A stretch of DNA of 64,000 bases from an uncultured Bacteroidales bacterium (GTDB lineage Bacteria > Bacteroidota > Bacteroidia > Bacteroidales > WCHB1-69): the NCBI GenBank assembly GCA_905235135.1, contig CAJOKR010000013.1, positions 82 to 64,081 of the forward strand, written 5' to 3'. How positions within the stretch are numbered: the stretch's first letter is position 1; each line of letters begins with the position of its first letter. The notes beneath the pieces are model-generated. The model was not told where the DNA came from. It saw only the letters and a list, made by a program, of their open reading frames with translations, and searched no databases. Shown in pieces: positions 27,420-37,526 of this stretch. The translations under genes and the position numbers were made by a program.

Positions 27420-27450
27420 CCGCCTTAAAAATAACATCAAAATTCAAGGT

Positions 27451-29106
27451 ATGAAACGAGAAGGAGAACCCACAAGACATTTCTTCACCTATTATAACCG
27501 GACGATTCCCGAGAACTGGAACGCGCCGGCGCTGACGGACTATAACGGCACCACGAGCTACACCTACGGCGAGATGGCCGCGCAGATGTTCAAACTGCAG
27601 ATCCTGCTGGAACAAGCGGGGCTCGGGCGTGGCGACAAGGTGGTGATTTGCAGCCGCAACTGCGCCAACTGGGCGGTGTCGCTGCTGAGCATCGCCGCCA
27701 ACAGGGGTGTCATCGTCTCCATCATGGACGCTTTCGCACCCGCCGACATCGAGAGTCTCACCAACCACTCCGACGCCAAGGCGATGTTTGTAAGTGAGAA
27801 CGTCTGGAAAAACCTTGACATCCAGCATCTTGAAAATGTCGATTTGGTGCTTGACACCGACGGCTTCCAGTTGCTGTACGCCCGTTCGGAGCGGCAGGAA
27901 AAAGCCTACGAACAGTACGGCAGCCTCTACCGCGAGCGTTATCCGAGGGGATTGCAGCGCGAGAACATCGACCTGCCGACTGACAACCTCGACGAGCTGA
28001 TGATCATCAACTACACTTCGGGCACTACGGGCGCGCCGCGCGGGGCGATGCTGACCTACCGCAACATCTCCGCCAACGTGCAGTACAGCCAGGAGGAAAT
28101 CCCCAACCACGCCGGCTGGACGGAGGTCTGCATGCTGCCGTTAGCGCACATGTTCGGCATGACCATCGAGTTCCTCTATCAGGTGGCGGGCGGCTGTCAC
28201 GTCTATTTCCTCGGCAAAACGCCTTCCCCGGCCACGCTGCTGAAATGCTACGCCGAGACGAAACCCTATATGATCCTCACTGTGCCGTTGGTGATTGAGA
28301 AAATCTTCCATTCGAAGATATTCCCGGCACTCCGCGATCCGAAAGTGAAGGCACTCTGGAACACGCCGATTCTCTGCAAGATTGTTGAGCGGAAGATTTA
28401 CAAGCAGCTGATGAACGCTTTCGGCGGCAACCTGATATGGCTGATTACGGGCGGTGCCGCACTGAACACCAGCGTGGAGAAAGTGCTGCGACGCATCAAA
28501 TTCCCGTTGGTCGTGGGTTACGGCATGACCGAGGCTGGCCCGTTGGTGAGCTACGAGCATTGGTACAAGCAGCCCATCGGCTCCTGCGGTAAGGTGGTGA
28601 CGCGCAACGAGGTAATTGTCAACTCGCCCAACCCGCGTCGCGAGGTCGGCGAAATCCTCTTCCGCGGCGAGCACGTGATGAAGGGCTACTACAAGAACGA
28701 GGAGGCCACGCAGGCCGCCATCGACAGCGAGGGTTGGCTGCACACCGGCGACCTCGGCCTCATGGACAAGCAGGGCAACCTCTACATCAAAGGGCGCAGC
28801 AAGGCGATGATTCTCACCTCCGGCGGACAGAACATCTACCCCGAGGAATTGGAGTCCAAGCTCAGCACGCTGCCTGGGGTGGGGGAGACCGTGGTGGTGG
28901 GCCGCAAGGGCAAGCTCGTCGCGCTCGTCTATCCCGATCCCGCCTTCGACTGGTCCAAGATTACCGTCGAGGAGCAGATGAAACAGAATCTGGAGACCCT
29001 CAACACGATGGTGGCCAAATACGAGCACATCTCCGCCATTGAGACTGTGGAGCAGGAGTTCGCGAAAACGCCGAAGCGGTCGATTCGGAGGTTCCTCTAT
29101 AAATAA
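27451..29106 (+). CDS. AMP-dependent synthetase/ligase (long-chain acyl-CoA ligase-like)
   Basis: Start chosen at ATG 27451, downstream of the hairpin and -7 box. AMP-binding motif YTSGTTGAPRGAML and C-terminal GWLHTGD...GRSK. Confidence 0.8.
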   Translation: MKREGEPTRHFFTYYNRTIPENWNAPALTDYNGTTSYTYGEMAAQMFKLQILLEQAGLGRGDKVVICSRNCANWAVSLLSIAANRGVIVSIMDAFAPADIESLTNHSDAKAMFVSENVWKNLDIQHLENVDLVLDTDGFQLLYARSERQEKAYEQYGSLYRERYPRGLQRENIDLPTDNLDELMIINYTSGTTGAPRGAMLTYRNISANVQYSQEEIPNHAGWTEVCMLPLAHMFGMTIEFLYQVAGGCHVYFLGKTPSPATLLKCYAETKPYMILTVPLVIEKIFHSKIFPALRDPKVKALWNTPILCKIVERKIYKQLMNAFGGNLIWLITGGAALNTSVEKVLRRIKFPLVVGYGMTEAGPLVSYEHWYKQPIGSCGKVVTRNEVIVNSPNPRREVGEILFRGEHVMKGYYKNEEATQAAIDSEGWLHTGDLGLMDKQGNLYIKGRSKAMILTSGGQNIYPEELESKLSTLPGVGETVVVGRKGKLVALVYPDPAFDWSKITVEEQMKQNLETLNTMVAKYEHISAIETVEQEFAKTPKRSIRRFLYK

Positions 29107-29132
29107 TGTAGAATGCAGAATGATGAATATTA
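29105..29132. repeat. heptamer array (AATGNAG type) spanning a stop and the next start
   Basis: AATGTAG AATGCAG AATGATG AATATTA. Overlaps TAA 29104-29106 and contains ATG 29120. Confidence 0.7.
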
Positions 29133-29920
29133 TTAACCGTTTCCTTTTTGTCTTTTTGCTGTTTGGTTCGGCGTTCGCACAGCCCTTGGTGATTATGCAT
29201 ACGAACGACACGCACAGCCAGATCGACCCTTACACGTACAAGGGCGACGTGAATGTTGGCGGTGCGCTGCGGCGGGAGGCGGCCATCCGTGAGATTCGGG
29301 CCGAGAATCCCTACACGCTGCTGCTCGACGCCGGCGATTTCTCGCAGGGAACGCCCTATTTCAATTTTTTCAAGGGCTATGTGGAGGTGCGGCTGATGAA
29401 TGCCATGGGCTATGACGCGGCCACGCTTGGCAACCACGAGTTCGACAACGGCTCCGCAGCCCTCGCCGCGCGGCTCAAAACCGCCGATTTCCCGGTGGTG
29501 TGTGCCAATTACCAGTTCGCCAACAAGAAGTTGGCGAAGGTCATCAAACCGTACGTTATCATCGAGCGCGGTGGTCATAAGATTGGCATCTTCGGACTCG
29601 GGGTGAACTTGGATGGCTACGTGGCACCGCAAATCGCCCGCGAGGTCACCTACCAGAATCCGTTCCAGGTGGCTCGCGATATGGTGGCGGAACTGCAGCG
29701 GCAGCAATGCGACCTGATTGTCTGCCTCTCGCACCTCGGTGTAGATACCACGATGACGGATAACGACTTCGAGATTGCCCGTCAAGTGCCTGGCATTGAC
29801 GTGATTATCGGCGGCCATTCGCATGAGGAAATCAACCCGCCTGTGGTCATCGGCAACACCCGCGTTTGCCAGATGACGAACCGCGGAAAATGCTTCGGGA
29901 AACTAGAAATTAGGAATTAG
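29120..29920 (+). CDS. secreted metallophosphatase (5'-nucleotidase N-terminal domain type)
   Basis: Start at ATG 29120 with a signal peptide. Motifs HTNDTHS, GDFSQGT, GNHEFD and GGHSH. Confidence 0.8.
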   Translation: MMNIINRFLFVFLLFGSAFAQPLVIMHTNDTHSQIDPYTYKGDVNVGGALRREAAIREIRAENPYTLLLDAGDFSQGTPYFNFFKGYVEVRLMNAMGYDAATLGNHEFDNGSAALAARLKTADFPVVCANYQFANKKLAKVIKPYVIIERGGHKIGIFGLGVNLDGYVAPQIAREVTYQNPFQVARDMVAELQRQQCDLIVCLSHLGVDTTMTDNDFEIARQVPGIDVIIGGHSHEEINPPVVIGNTRVCQMTNRGKCFGKLEIRN

Positions 29921-29947
29921 GAATTAGGAATTAGGAATTAGGAATTT
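29908..29947. repeat. perfect heptamer array (AATTAGG x5)
   Basis: AATTAGG repeated 5 times (29908-29942), then AATTT. Contains the phosphatase stop TAG 29918-29920 and ends at ATG 29948. Confidence 0.9.
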
Positions 29948-31675
29948 ATGTCGGAGAATCTGAAATTGGTTGCGGATTTGGCGCTGATATTGACATCGGC
30001 GGGGGTCGTGACCGTGATTTTTAAACTGTTGAAACAACCCCTCGTGTTAGGGTATCTGGTGGCCGGTTTCCTCGTGGGACCGCACCTGCACATTTTCCCC
30101 ACTGTGGCGGACACTGACACGGTGGAGGTCTGGTCGGAAATCGGTATCATCTTCATGATGTTCAGTGTTGGTCTGGAATTCAGCTTCAAGAAACTGATGT
30201 CGGTGGGCAGCAAGGCCTTCATTACCGCGTTTGTGGGCATCATTGGCATGATTGGGGTAGGTACGCTGCTCGGTTTTGTGATGGGCTGGGGCGTGATGGA
30301 GAGCATCTTCCTCGGCGGTATGCTGTCGATGTCCTCCACTGCCATCATCGTCAAAGCTTTCGAAGACATGAACCTCAAGGGGGAGTCGTTTGCGAGCCTC
30401 ACCACCGTGGTGCTGATCATCCAGGACATCGTGGCCGTGGTGATGATGGTGTTGATTTCCACCGTCGCCGCCAGTAAAAACTCCGCGCCCGGCAGGGAGA
30501 TGCTGATGAGCATCGTGAAACTCATCTTCTTCCTGATTCTCTGGTTTGTTATCGGCATTTACTTGATTCCTACGCTGTTACGAAAATTCAAAAAGTACAT
30601 CAACGACGAGAATCTGCTGATTATTTCCATCGGACTCTGTTTCGCCATGGTGATTATCGCCAACAACGTGGGGTTCTCCTCCGCATTGGGTGCGTTCGTC
30701 ATCGGCTCAATTTTGGCGGAAACGGCAGAGAACCAACGTATTGAGCGTCTCACCGAAAGTATCAAAAACCTCTTCTCCGCTATCTTCTTCGTCTCCGTTG
30801 GTATGATGATCGACCCGCAGATTCTGGTACAGTATTGGAAGCTAATCCTCTCATTGGTGGTTATCACGCTGGTGGTCAAGTCGTTTGTCTGTTCTGCATC
30901 GGCGGTGGTGGCGGGTGCCAGTCTGGAGGACTCCATCAAGTCAGGATTCACCTTGTCGCAGATCGGTGAGTTCGCCTTCATCATCGCTTCTGTGGCTGTG
31001 GCTCAGCGCGTGATGCCGTCGTACATCTATCCGGTGATTATCGCTTCGTCGGTAATCACCACATTCACAACGCCTTACTGGATAAAATTGGCCACACCTG
31101 TGTACAACCGATTGGATAATCGGCTGTCGCCCAAAGCCAAGCAGGCGTTAGACGAGTACGCCCTTTTCGGGGCCAGCAAGGAGGGCAAAAAGAACTGGAG
31201 CAGCATCATTAAGAGCACCATTACAAACGTGGTGATTTTCTCGGTACTCTCGTTTGCCACGCTGGTTTTCCTCTTCGAATACCTCATTCCGCTCATTAAG
31301 AAGCTGCCATTCATCGAGGTGATCCCCAAATGGGGCTTCAACACAATCTGCGCCACCCTTTCACTGCTGATTATTTCGCCGTTCCTGTTCGGCATCGTTC
31401 GCAACAGCCCGAAAGTACACGAGCTCTACCGCAACCTGATCAAGGAAAACCGCGCCAACATGCTGGCCGTCATCGTATGGACTTTCATCCGTTTTATGAT
31501 TGTCTTCTACTTTGTCTTCTCCATCCTGGTCAACTTCTTCAAATTCACCAAATGGGTGATTGTGCTGATCGCCGTGACTGTGATTTTCGTTATCGTCCTC
31601 TCACGCCGCAACCTGAACCGCTTTACGAAACTGGAGCGGAACTTTAAGACAAACCTTAATGGGGAAGAGCTATGA
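29948..31675 (+). CDS. monovalent cation:proton antiporter (CPA2 family)
   Basis: 575 aa, polytopic. The N-terminus LALILTSAGVVTVIFKLLKQPLVLGYLVAGFLVGPH is typical of Kef/CPA2 exchangers. Confidence 0.8.
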   Translation: MSENLKLVADLALILTSAGVVTVIFKLLKQPLVLGYLVAGFLVGPHLHIFPTVADTDTVEVWSEIGIIFMMFSVGLEFSFKKLMSVGSKAFITAFVGIIGMIGVGTLLGFVMGWGVMESIFLGGMLSMSSTAIIVKAFEDMNLKGESFASLTTVVLIIQDIVAVVMMVLISTVAASKNSAPGREMLMSIVKLIFFLILWFVIGIYLIPTLLRKFKKYINDENLLIISIGLCFAMVIIANNVGFSSALGAFVIGSILAETAENQRIERLTESIKNLFSAIFFVSVGMMIDPQILVQYWKLILSLVVITLVVKSFVCSASAVVAGASLEDSIKSGFTLSQIGEFAFIIASVAVAQRVMPSYIYPVIIASSVITTFTTPYWIKLATPVYNRLDNRLSPKAKQALDEYALFGASKEGKKNWSSIIKSTITNVVIFSVLSFATLVFLFEYLIPLIKKLPFIEVIPKWGFNTICATLSLLIISPFLFGIVRNSPKVHELYRNLIKENRANMLAVIVWTFIRFMIVFYFVFSILVNFFKFTKWVIVLIAVTVIFVIVLSRRNLNRFTKLERNFKTNLNGEEL

Positions 31676-32217
31676 TGAACACCCTATTCTTAGACCGAGA
31701 CGGCATTATCAATGTGCAGATTGTGGGCGGATACGTGCGCAAGCCGGAGGAGTTTGCGCTGATTCCGGGCGTGCTGACTGCCATGCAGTGGCTGCGACCT
31801 AAGTTTCGTCACATCATCGTCGTCACCAACCAGCAGTGCGTGGCCAAGCGTATCTGCAAGATGGAAGATATCGAAGAGATTCACCGCCAGATGCGGATTA
31901 CCTTTGAGGAGAACTTGACCCCGTTGGATGCCATCTACTGCTGTCCGCACAAGGCGGGCGCGGGCTGTGGATGTCGGAAACCCGAGATTGGGATGGCGCT
32001 GCAGGCCAAAGCCGATTTCCCTGACATCGACTTTGCCGACTCCGTCATGGTCGGTGACAGCCTTTCTGATATCCAATTCGCCGTCAATGCCGGCATCCAA
32101 CCCGTCCACGTCGGCGCCAAACACCCCGGCGAATACGAAGAAATTCAAAAATTGACATCTTTACATTATAATAACCTTTTAGATTTTGCAAAAAATTATG
32201 ATGGGTTTAGAGTTTAA
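31672..32217 (+). CDS. gmhB: D,D-heptose 1,7-bisphosphate phosphatase (HAD-IIIA)
   Basis: 181 aa. Motifs LFLDRDGIIN, VVTNQ, CCPHKAGAGCGCRKP and GDSLSD. ATGA overlap with the antiporter gene. Confidence 0.75.
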   Translation: MMNTLFLDRDGIINVQIVGGYVRKPEEFALIPGVLTAMQWLRPKFRHIIVVTNQQCVAKRICKMEDIEEIHRQMRITFEENLTPLDAIYCCPHKAGAGCGCRKPEIGMALQAKADFPDIDFADSVMVGDSLSDIQFAVNAGIQPVHVGAKHPGEYEEIQKLTSLHYNNLLDFAKNYDGFRV

Positions 32218-32320
32218 TGTTTAAGGTTTAAGGTTTAAGGTTTAAGGTGTCGTTATTAGGCCCTTTCTCCTTAAACCCTCAACCTTAAACTATAAACTAA
32301 TAAACCTTAAACCATTAAAG
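32205..32320. repeat. long heptamer-array hairpin (GTTTAAG / CCTTAAA type) filling an intergenic spacer
   Basis: Left arm GTTTAGA GTTTAAT then GTTTAAG x4. Right arm CCTTAAA CCCTCAA CCTTAAA CTATAAA CTAATAAA CCTTAAA CCATTAAA. Contains the gmhB TAA and ends 1 nt before ATG 32322. Confidence 0.85.
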
Positions 32321-32321
32321 A

Positions 32322-33185
32322 ATGACCTTTTTCTTCATCTTCTTCATCTGTTACCCCCTCGCCGCACTCCCTTTGGCCGTGCTATATCTGCTTCTGCCAT
32401 TGGTTTACGTGATTGTGAACCATATTGTGCGGTATAGACGCAAGGTTGTGGATGATAATCTGTTGCGGTCGTTTCCTGAATTAACGGCTAGAGAGCGGCG
32501 GCGGATTCGTAACCGCTACTACTGGCATCTGTCGCAGATTGCCGTTGAGATGATCAAGATGCTGCTGATTCCGCGATGTGCGCTGCGTTACCGCTACCGT
32601 TGCGTGAATCCGGAGTTAGTGAACCGATTCTATGAAGAGGGTAGGAGTGTGATCCTGATGTCGAGCCACTACAACAACTGGGAATGGATGATTGTGACGT
32701 TAGACGAGATGTTTTTGCACCACGGTATCGGGGTGGGGAAGGCCAACAGCGACAAGGTTTTCGAGAAATGGGTGAACCGCGCACGCACCCGCAGGGGCAC
32801 GGAAGTCTGCTTTGCCGACACTGCCCGCGAGGTCTTCGCGCACTACGAGGAAAACCATATCCCCGCCGCCTACATGATGCTCGCCGATCAATCGCCCAGC
32901 AACAAGAACAAGTGCTATGTCACGCAGTTCCTGAACCAAACAACTGGTGTGATTTACGGTCCCGAATACTTTGCCCGAAAGTATGACATTCCTGTGTTAT
33001 ACTATCAAGTCATCAAGGAGCGGATAGGAAAGTACCGCATTGAGGTACAGGTGATTACTGAGCACCCTAACGACGAGGAACCTTACGCTATCACCCAAAA
33101 ATACACGGAATTACTGGAACAGACCATCCGCCGCAAGCCCGAATATTGGATTTGGAGCCACCGGCGGTGGAAACTGAAATTTTAG
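32322..33185 (+). CDS. lipid A biosynthesis (LpxL/HtrB-type) acyltransferase
   Basis: 287 aa. N-terminal TM segment, a HYNNWEW motif (HX4D/E-like acyltransferase box region), and C-terminal PEYWIWSHRRWK typical of the family. Confidence 0.65.
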   Translation: MTFFFIFFICYPLAALPLAVLYLLLPLVYVIVNHIVRYRRKVVDDNLLRSFPELTARERRRIRNRYYWHLSQIAVEMIKMLLIPRCALRYRYRCVNPELVNRFYEEGRSVILMSSHYNNWEWMIVTLDEMFLHHGIGVGKANSDKVFEKWVNRARTRRGTEVCFADTAREVFAHYEENHIPAAYMMLADQSPSNKNKCYVTQFLNQTTGVIYGPEYFARKYDIPVLYYQVIKERIGKYRIEVQVITEHPNDEEPYAITQKYTELLEQTIRRKPEYWIWSHRRWKLKF

Positions 33186-34545
33186 CGTTTGATTCTTCTG
33201 TAAGATGCTAATCCGTAAATACTTACGATGACGAAGCAGAGCATCGGGAGGGCATAGCTGACATTGACGGCAGGATGTCCGAGGATGGTTCCGCGGTCGA
33301 TAATTGCGCCTTGCAGCGGGGGCATGAGCGCGCCACCGACGATGGCCATCACGAGGAAGGCCGCGCCAAGGGTGGCATCCTGCAGGGAGACGTTTTCGAG
33401 GGCGATGCCATAGATGGTTGGGAACATCAGGCTCATGAAGATGCTGATACCTACGAGGCAGTAAAGTCCAGGCATCCCGACGATGAGGACAGCTCCGAGT
33501 GCGCACAGTCCGGCGCCTGTGCCGAAGATGGCGAGGAGCTTACGGCCGTTCACATACTTCATCAGGAAGGTGGAGATGAAACGACCAGTGAGGAACAGAA
33601 TCATCGCCACGATGTTGTAATTCTGCGCCGTAGCCTTGTTAATTCCCAGATTGTCAGCGTATTGGATGATAAATGTCCAGGTCATGATTTGGGCGGCCAC
33701 GTAGAAAACCTGCGTGAGCACCCCGTAGCGATAGACCTTGTTGTGCCAGAGGTTGGAGAGGGTTTCGCGCACGCTGTTCTGTTTTTCGCCGGAGCCCGTG
33801 GTGTCGGGCATCTTCACTAACGCAATGACAATCAGCATGATGAGCACGACAAGACCGATCGCGACGTACGGATCGCGGATCACGGCCAGATCGTGGAGTC
33901 GGATAGCGGCTTTTTCGGAGTCGGGGAGAGTAGGGAAGAGGATGTTACCGGCAGCGTCGCGGCGGTCGGACCAGAGGTTGGGGAGCACAATGAGGGGGCG
34001 ACAGCCATGCCGCAGAGCGATCCCATCGGGTTGAACGACTGGGCGAGGTTGAGACGGCGGGTGGCGTTCTCCTTGCGACCGAGCGAGAGGATGAAGGGGC
34101 TCGCGGTGGTTTCGAGGAAGGCGAGACCGAAGGTGAGGATGTAGAGCGAGAGGCAGAAGTAGGAGAATTTCTGGTAGGCGGCGGCGGGGATGAAGAGGAA
34201 GGCGCCTACAGCGTAGAGGGCAAGACCGAGAATAATGCCTTTCTTGTAGGAGAATTTCCGGATGAAGAGAGCCGCAGGGATGGCCATTGTCGCATATCCG
34301 CCATAGAAGGCGAACTGCACGAGGGAGGCCTTTGCCGCGCTGAGCTCCATCACCGTCTGGAATGCCGCCACCATAGGGTTGGTGATATCGTTGGCGAACC
34401 CCCACAGCGCAAACAGCGAGGTGATGAGGATGAACGGCAGTAAATACTGGCGTTCCACGAGTTTGAGCCCGTGCGCACCATCCTGCGAGATATATTCTCT
34501 TGTTTCTTCATTATTATAATCAGTGCTTACCATAATTACGGTCAT
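33182..34545 (-). pseudogene. fucP: L-fucose:H+ symporter permease, interrupted by a frameshift
   Basis: Two overlapping ORFs (33880..34560 and 33182..34405) together give an MFS FucP-like protein (LAQSFNPMGSLCGMAVAP | LIVLPNLW...). The frame switches at the G5 run 33994-33998. Confidence 0.75.
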
Positions 34546-34557
34546 TTTTTTAACGCG

Positions 34558-34565
34558 CAAAAATA
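34558..34565 (-). promoter_or_regulatory. -7 promoter box (TATTTTTG)
   Basis: Reverse complement matches TAnnTTTG, 13 nt upstream of ATG 34545. Confidence 0.5.
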
Positions 34566-34726
34566 GTATTTTTCAGCTTTCCATTTAGGTTTTGTTTTCC
34601 GACAAACCCAATAGAGTAGTTTCGAATACCTATATTTAACATAATATAAATTATAGGCAACTCGGAGTTGTTTCAATATCGAGCTGAGAATTGTATATTT
34701 AGGGATATTGCAAAGCAGTATAAAAA

Positions 34727-34808
34727 CTTTGGCTTTTAGCTATTGGCTTTTGGCGATGTTGTTTCGAAAATGAATCTACGTTAACTGCCAATGGCCAAAA
34801 GCTAACAG
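34727..34808. repeat. heptamer-array hairpin (TTGGCTT/TTAGCTA vs AATGGCC/AAAAGCT type)
   Basis: Left arm CTTTGGCTTTTAGCTATTGGCTTTTGGCG. Right arm AACTGCCAATGGCCAAAAGCTAACAG. The next ORF opens right after the TAA in the right arm. Confidence 0.75.
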
Positions 34809-34811
34809 TTT

Positions 34812-35336
34812 GTGCAGGCATTCTATGAGGAAAACAAACAAAGATTCCCGTCCTTCAACGACGACGATTATCTCAGGAAATGGGCGAAAAGGAATGCGAA
34901 TATTTTCGCGCCTGTAAAATCGGATTGGTATGCTTATTCGACGGCGTCAGACGAGTTAGGTCTCAACGGTGTGGCGTATAACGCGACATGGAGAGGAGAC
35001 AAGGTCGTGAAGCAGCTTGACAGCGATCTTAAAAGTAAATTCCATCCAGATGGTTGCAACACAGTCAAATCTGTAATGGACCATGAATTCGGCCATAAAA
35101 TAGACGAGACGCTCGGATTGCGGGATAACGCGGATTTCAAAATCATATACAATAATGCGAGGTTCCAGGGAAATGATTATATACGAGAGAACCTTTCCGG
35201 CTATGCAAATACCAACAGAGCGGAGTTCATCGCCGAATGCTGGAGCGAGTATGTCAACAACGCGAAACCGCGCGAAATTTCAAGGCAAGTAGGCGAGCTT
35301 ATAGAAAAACTCATGAAGAAAAGAAAAACCCCGTAA
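34812..35336 (+). CDS. zincin-like metallopeptidase domain protein, probably a 5'-truncated fragment
   Basis: 174 aa, GTG start only. HEFGH plus a downstream AEFIAECWSEY glutamate segment resembles lethal-factor-like/minor-head-protein-associated zincin domains. The frame is cut upstream by an array stop codon. Confidence 0.5.
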   Translation: MQAFYEENKQRFPSFNDDDYLRKWAKRNANIFAPVKSDWYAYSTASDELGLNGVAYNATWRGDKVVKQLDSDLKSKFHPDGCNTVKSVMDHEFGHKIDETLGLRDNADFKIIYNNARFQGNDYIRENLSGYANTNRAEFIAECWSEYVNNAKPREISRQVGELIEKLMKKRKTP

Positions 35337-35344
35337 AACGGGGT

Positions 35345-35566
35345 TTATCCTATTGTATAAACACGCATATATTGCCTCTTTTCATTTGTCTGGAAAACGA
35401 AGTCGCCTTTTTGTCCTTTGACAACCTTGTTGTGCGCCTCCGCGTCGCAAATGTAGTCTATCGGGATGATTTCAAAGGCCTTGCATTTGACATTCTCGAT
35501 GAAATGTAAGCACTGTTCGCACGAGTAAGGCAATGGATTTTCATTGTGGATCAGGTGTTTTGACAT
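35345..35566 (-). CDS. small hypothetical protein
   Basis: 73 aa from ATG 35566 (MSKHLIHNENPLPYSCEQCLHF...), with a -7 box 19 nt upstream. Cys-containing, no motif recognised. Confidence 0.45.
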   Translation of the reverse strand: MSKHLIHNENPLPYSCEQCLHFIENVKCKAFEIIPIDYICDAEAHNKVVKGQKGDFVFQTNEKRQYMRVYTIG

Positions 35567-35584
35567 AATATTTTTATTTTTTTG

Positions 35585-35592
35585 CAAAGATA
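35585..35592 (-). promoter_or_regulatory. -7 promoter box (TATCTTTG)
   Basis: Reverse complement matches TAnnTTTG upstream of ATG 35566. Confidence 0.5.
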
Positions 35593-35709
35593 CAAAATTA
35601 TCGTATTTCTCACGCGGCATATTAGCGCGCGTCATAATCGGACTTGAGCATCTTGATATCATTGTCGAACGGTTTGTTTTCAATTTCCCGGATTGCAGGT
35701 TTGACGTTT

Positions 35710-36687
35710 TCAGCGGCCTCCTTCCCCTTTCTTCGCCTTGCTCGCATTGACGGGCAGCTCATAGCCGCGTATGGAGGCGACAACCTGGTTGAATTTGTAC
35801 CACGTCTCCTCGTTCTGGAAGGTGAAGTGCATGGTGCCTTTCTTGAAGCCGCGTATCTTGAAGAATGTCCAGTAATGCTCGCTCCCCCACTCCATTTTCA
35901 TTTCCCGGCAGAACCGGTCAAGGCGGCGTGTCTCGTCATACTTCACCCCCATGAGATGGCATAACGCCTTCACGATGTCGTCAATCTCCGCAGCGCGGCC
36001 GTATTCAACGCTCACGAAGTTGTTCCAGCTGTAGGACGATATGCAGACGTAGGGGACGATGAACTTCCGGTTGACCATGTGGGCTGAGTTGGTTTTCCAC
36101 TTCTCGCCATGCCAAGTGACGTTCTCGTCGCTGTACTTGCATATCTTGTCAAAAGCGTCCAACATCACGTTGTTCATCCGATCGGCGTGCGTCTGCAGCA
36201 GCATGTCGATGAGGCGGTACACGTTCCGCATCGTGAATGGCATGTTCTCCATCTTCTCGATTGCCGAGTCGAGCTGCTTGTACACCGACGTTGTCAGGAA
36301 CCTGTGCATGTCGAACTTATTGAACACCCAACGCCACGCCTGTTTCTGCAACTCCTTCTTGAATACCGTGCGGGTGATTTCCACCCCGCGCCTTCCGTTC
36401 TCCGAGGCCCATCGTGCGCCGAAGGTCACGGGGCAGTTGCCAAGAGCCCCGGTCAGCTCGTTGATGGCCCTGTTCTGCGCCATGACGGAGTCGAACATAC
36501 CGACAGCGGCGATGTAACGATGCACGGCCTCCCGCACCTCGTTGTATTGCATGATCCCGTTCCCCCTCACATCCTCGTCAGGCTCGTATGAGAGGAACCC
36601 GGCAAACTCGCTGTCGCCCTCTCCAGGCTTGAACAGATGGAGGCAGGCGACGCGGCAGTCTGTCCTGCGCTCCGCCTCCTTAAACAC
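35710..36687 (-). CDS. DUF4942-like protein, probably 5'-truncated
   Basis: 325-aa ORF with only a GTG start. The coding-looking frame continues upstream to a TAG inside array 36805-36828. The resemblance to DUF4942 (C-terminal module of some methyltransferases) is from memory only. Confidence 0.5.
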   Translation of the reverse strand: MFKEAERRTDCRVACLHLFKPGEGDSEFAGFLSYEPDEDVRGNGIMQYNEVREAVHRYIAAVGMFDSVMAQNRAINELTGALGNCPVTFGARWASENGRRGVEITRTVFKKELQKQAWRWVFNKFDMHRFLTTSVYKQLDSAIEKMENMPFTMRNVYRLIDMLLQTHADRMNNVMLDAFDKICKYSDENVTWHGEKWKTNSAHMVNRKFIVPYVCISSYSWNNFVSVEYGRAAEIDDIVKALCHLMGVKYDETRRLDRFCREMKMEWGSEHYWTFFKIRGFKKGTMHFTFQNEETWYKFNQVVASIRGYELPVNASKAKKGEGGR

Positions 36688-36804
36688 GTCGCCGAGGTTC
36701 TCGCTGTATCCGTACAGGTTGACGATCTCGCATATATTCTTCCTGCCGGACGACCAGCTGTTGTCAATTAGGGAAGCGTTGCACAGCGCGATTATCTCGC
36801 AGCC

Positions 36805-36828
36805 GCCAATAGCTAATAGCTAAAGGCC
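36805..36828. repeat. heptamer array (GCCAATA GCTAATA GCTAAAG)
   Basis: Three units. Supplies the stop that closes the upstream end of the DUF4942-like frame. Confidence 0.65.
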
Positions 36829-36830
36829 GA

Positions 36831-37418
36831 TCATCCGGATATTGCGTTGCGGGCGCTCATTTGGTATTCTGTGTCGTAATCTTCATCAAGCTGGAAATTT
36901 TCCTCGATGAGATTCCAAAGCGCGGATATGTGTTTGAGATTTTCTTTGGGCGTTGAATTCTTGCCCTTTGTCAAATCTGCGAGATGTATCTCCTGGATAC
37001 GATCTTTGAGGCGGAATTTCAGGCAGAACTCCTTCGGCGACGGCTCCCTACCGTTCAACGTCATCATATAGACCAACGGTCCGCGATAATCTTCATATTG
37101 ATAGTCGTTAGATATTATGTTAAATAGACTCGAAGAAATCCTTTTCCGTTTGATGTCCACAATAACAGACCGGAAACCGTCGGACAGGTACCAACCCGCA
37201 GCCGCCAGGATAACGAAACCAATAATCACCGCTTCAACTGTCTGATGCATAACAATATACGACACAACTGCAACCCAAATGGCCATCGTCACCACCGTCT
37301 TCCAAAACTTCGCGCGCCCCACCCTACCAAATGTTATAATATTCTGATTTTCATCTATTTGAATATCTACAACATCCTTCAATGCATCAATATGGGGAAT
37401 TAAATCGTTTTGGTTCAT
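36831..37418 (-). CDS. hypothetical membrane protein
   Basis: About 195 aa from ATG 37418 (MNQNDLIPHIDALK...). Two adjacent hydrophobic helices (TVVTMAIWVAVVSYIVM, AVIIGFVILAAAGWYL). No motif recognised. Confidence 0.5.
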   Translation of the reverse strand: MNQNDLIPHIDALKDVVDIQIDENQNIITFGRVGRAKFWKTVVTMAIWVAVVSYIVMHQTVEAVIIGFVILAAAGWYLSDGFRSVIVDIKRKRISSSLFNIISNDYQYEDYRGPLVYMMTLNGREPSPKEFCLKFRLKDRIQEIHLADLTKGKNSTPKENLKHISALWNLIEENFQLDEDYDTEYQMSARNAISG

Positions 37419-37483
37419 AAATAAGGAAAGTATTTTCTTCGGGCACACCTTCTAAAAAAAGGGGAATTGGGACTCTTCCGGCT

Positions 37484-37518
37484 TCAACTGCTAACTACTA
37501 ACTGCCAACTGCTAACTG
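37484..37518. repeat. heptamer array (CTAACTG type)
   Basis: TCAACTG CTAACTA CTAACTG CCAACTG CTAACTG, ending 8 nt from the 3' end of tRNA-Leu. Confidence 0.8.
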
Positions 37519-37526
37519 AATCGTAG

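Noticed and set aside
27214-27450. N-terminal extension of the acyl-CoA ligase ORF
   Set aside because: The extension translates the palindromic hairpin (VETHGRASLQ) and the promoter region. A -7 box at 27412 and ATG 27451 give a normal N-terminus.
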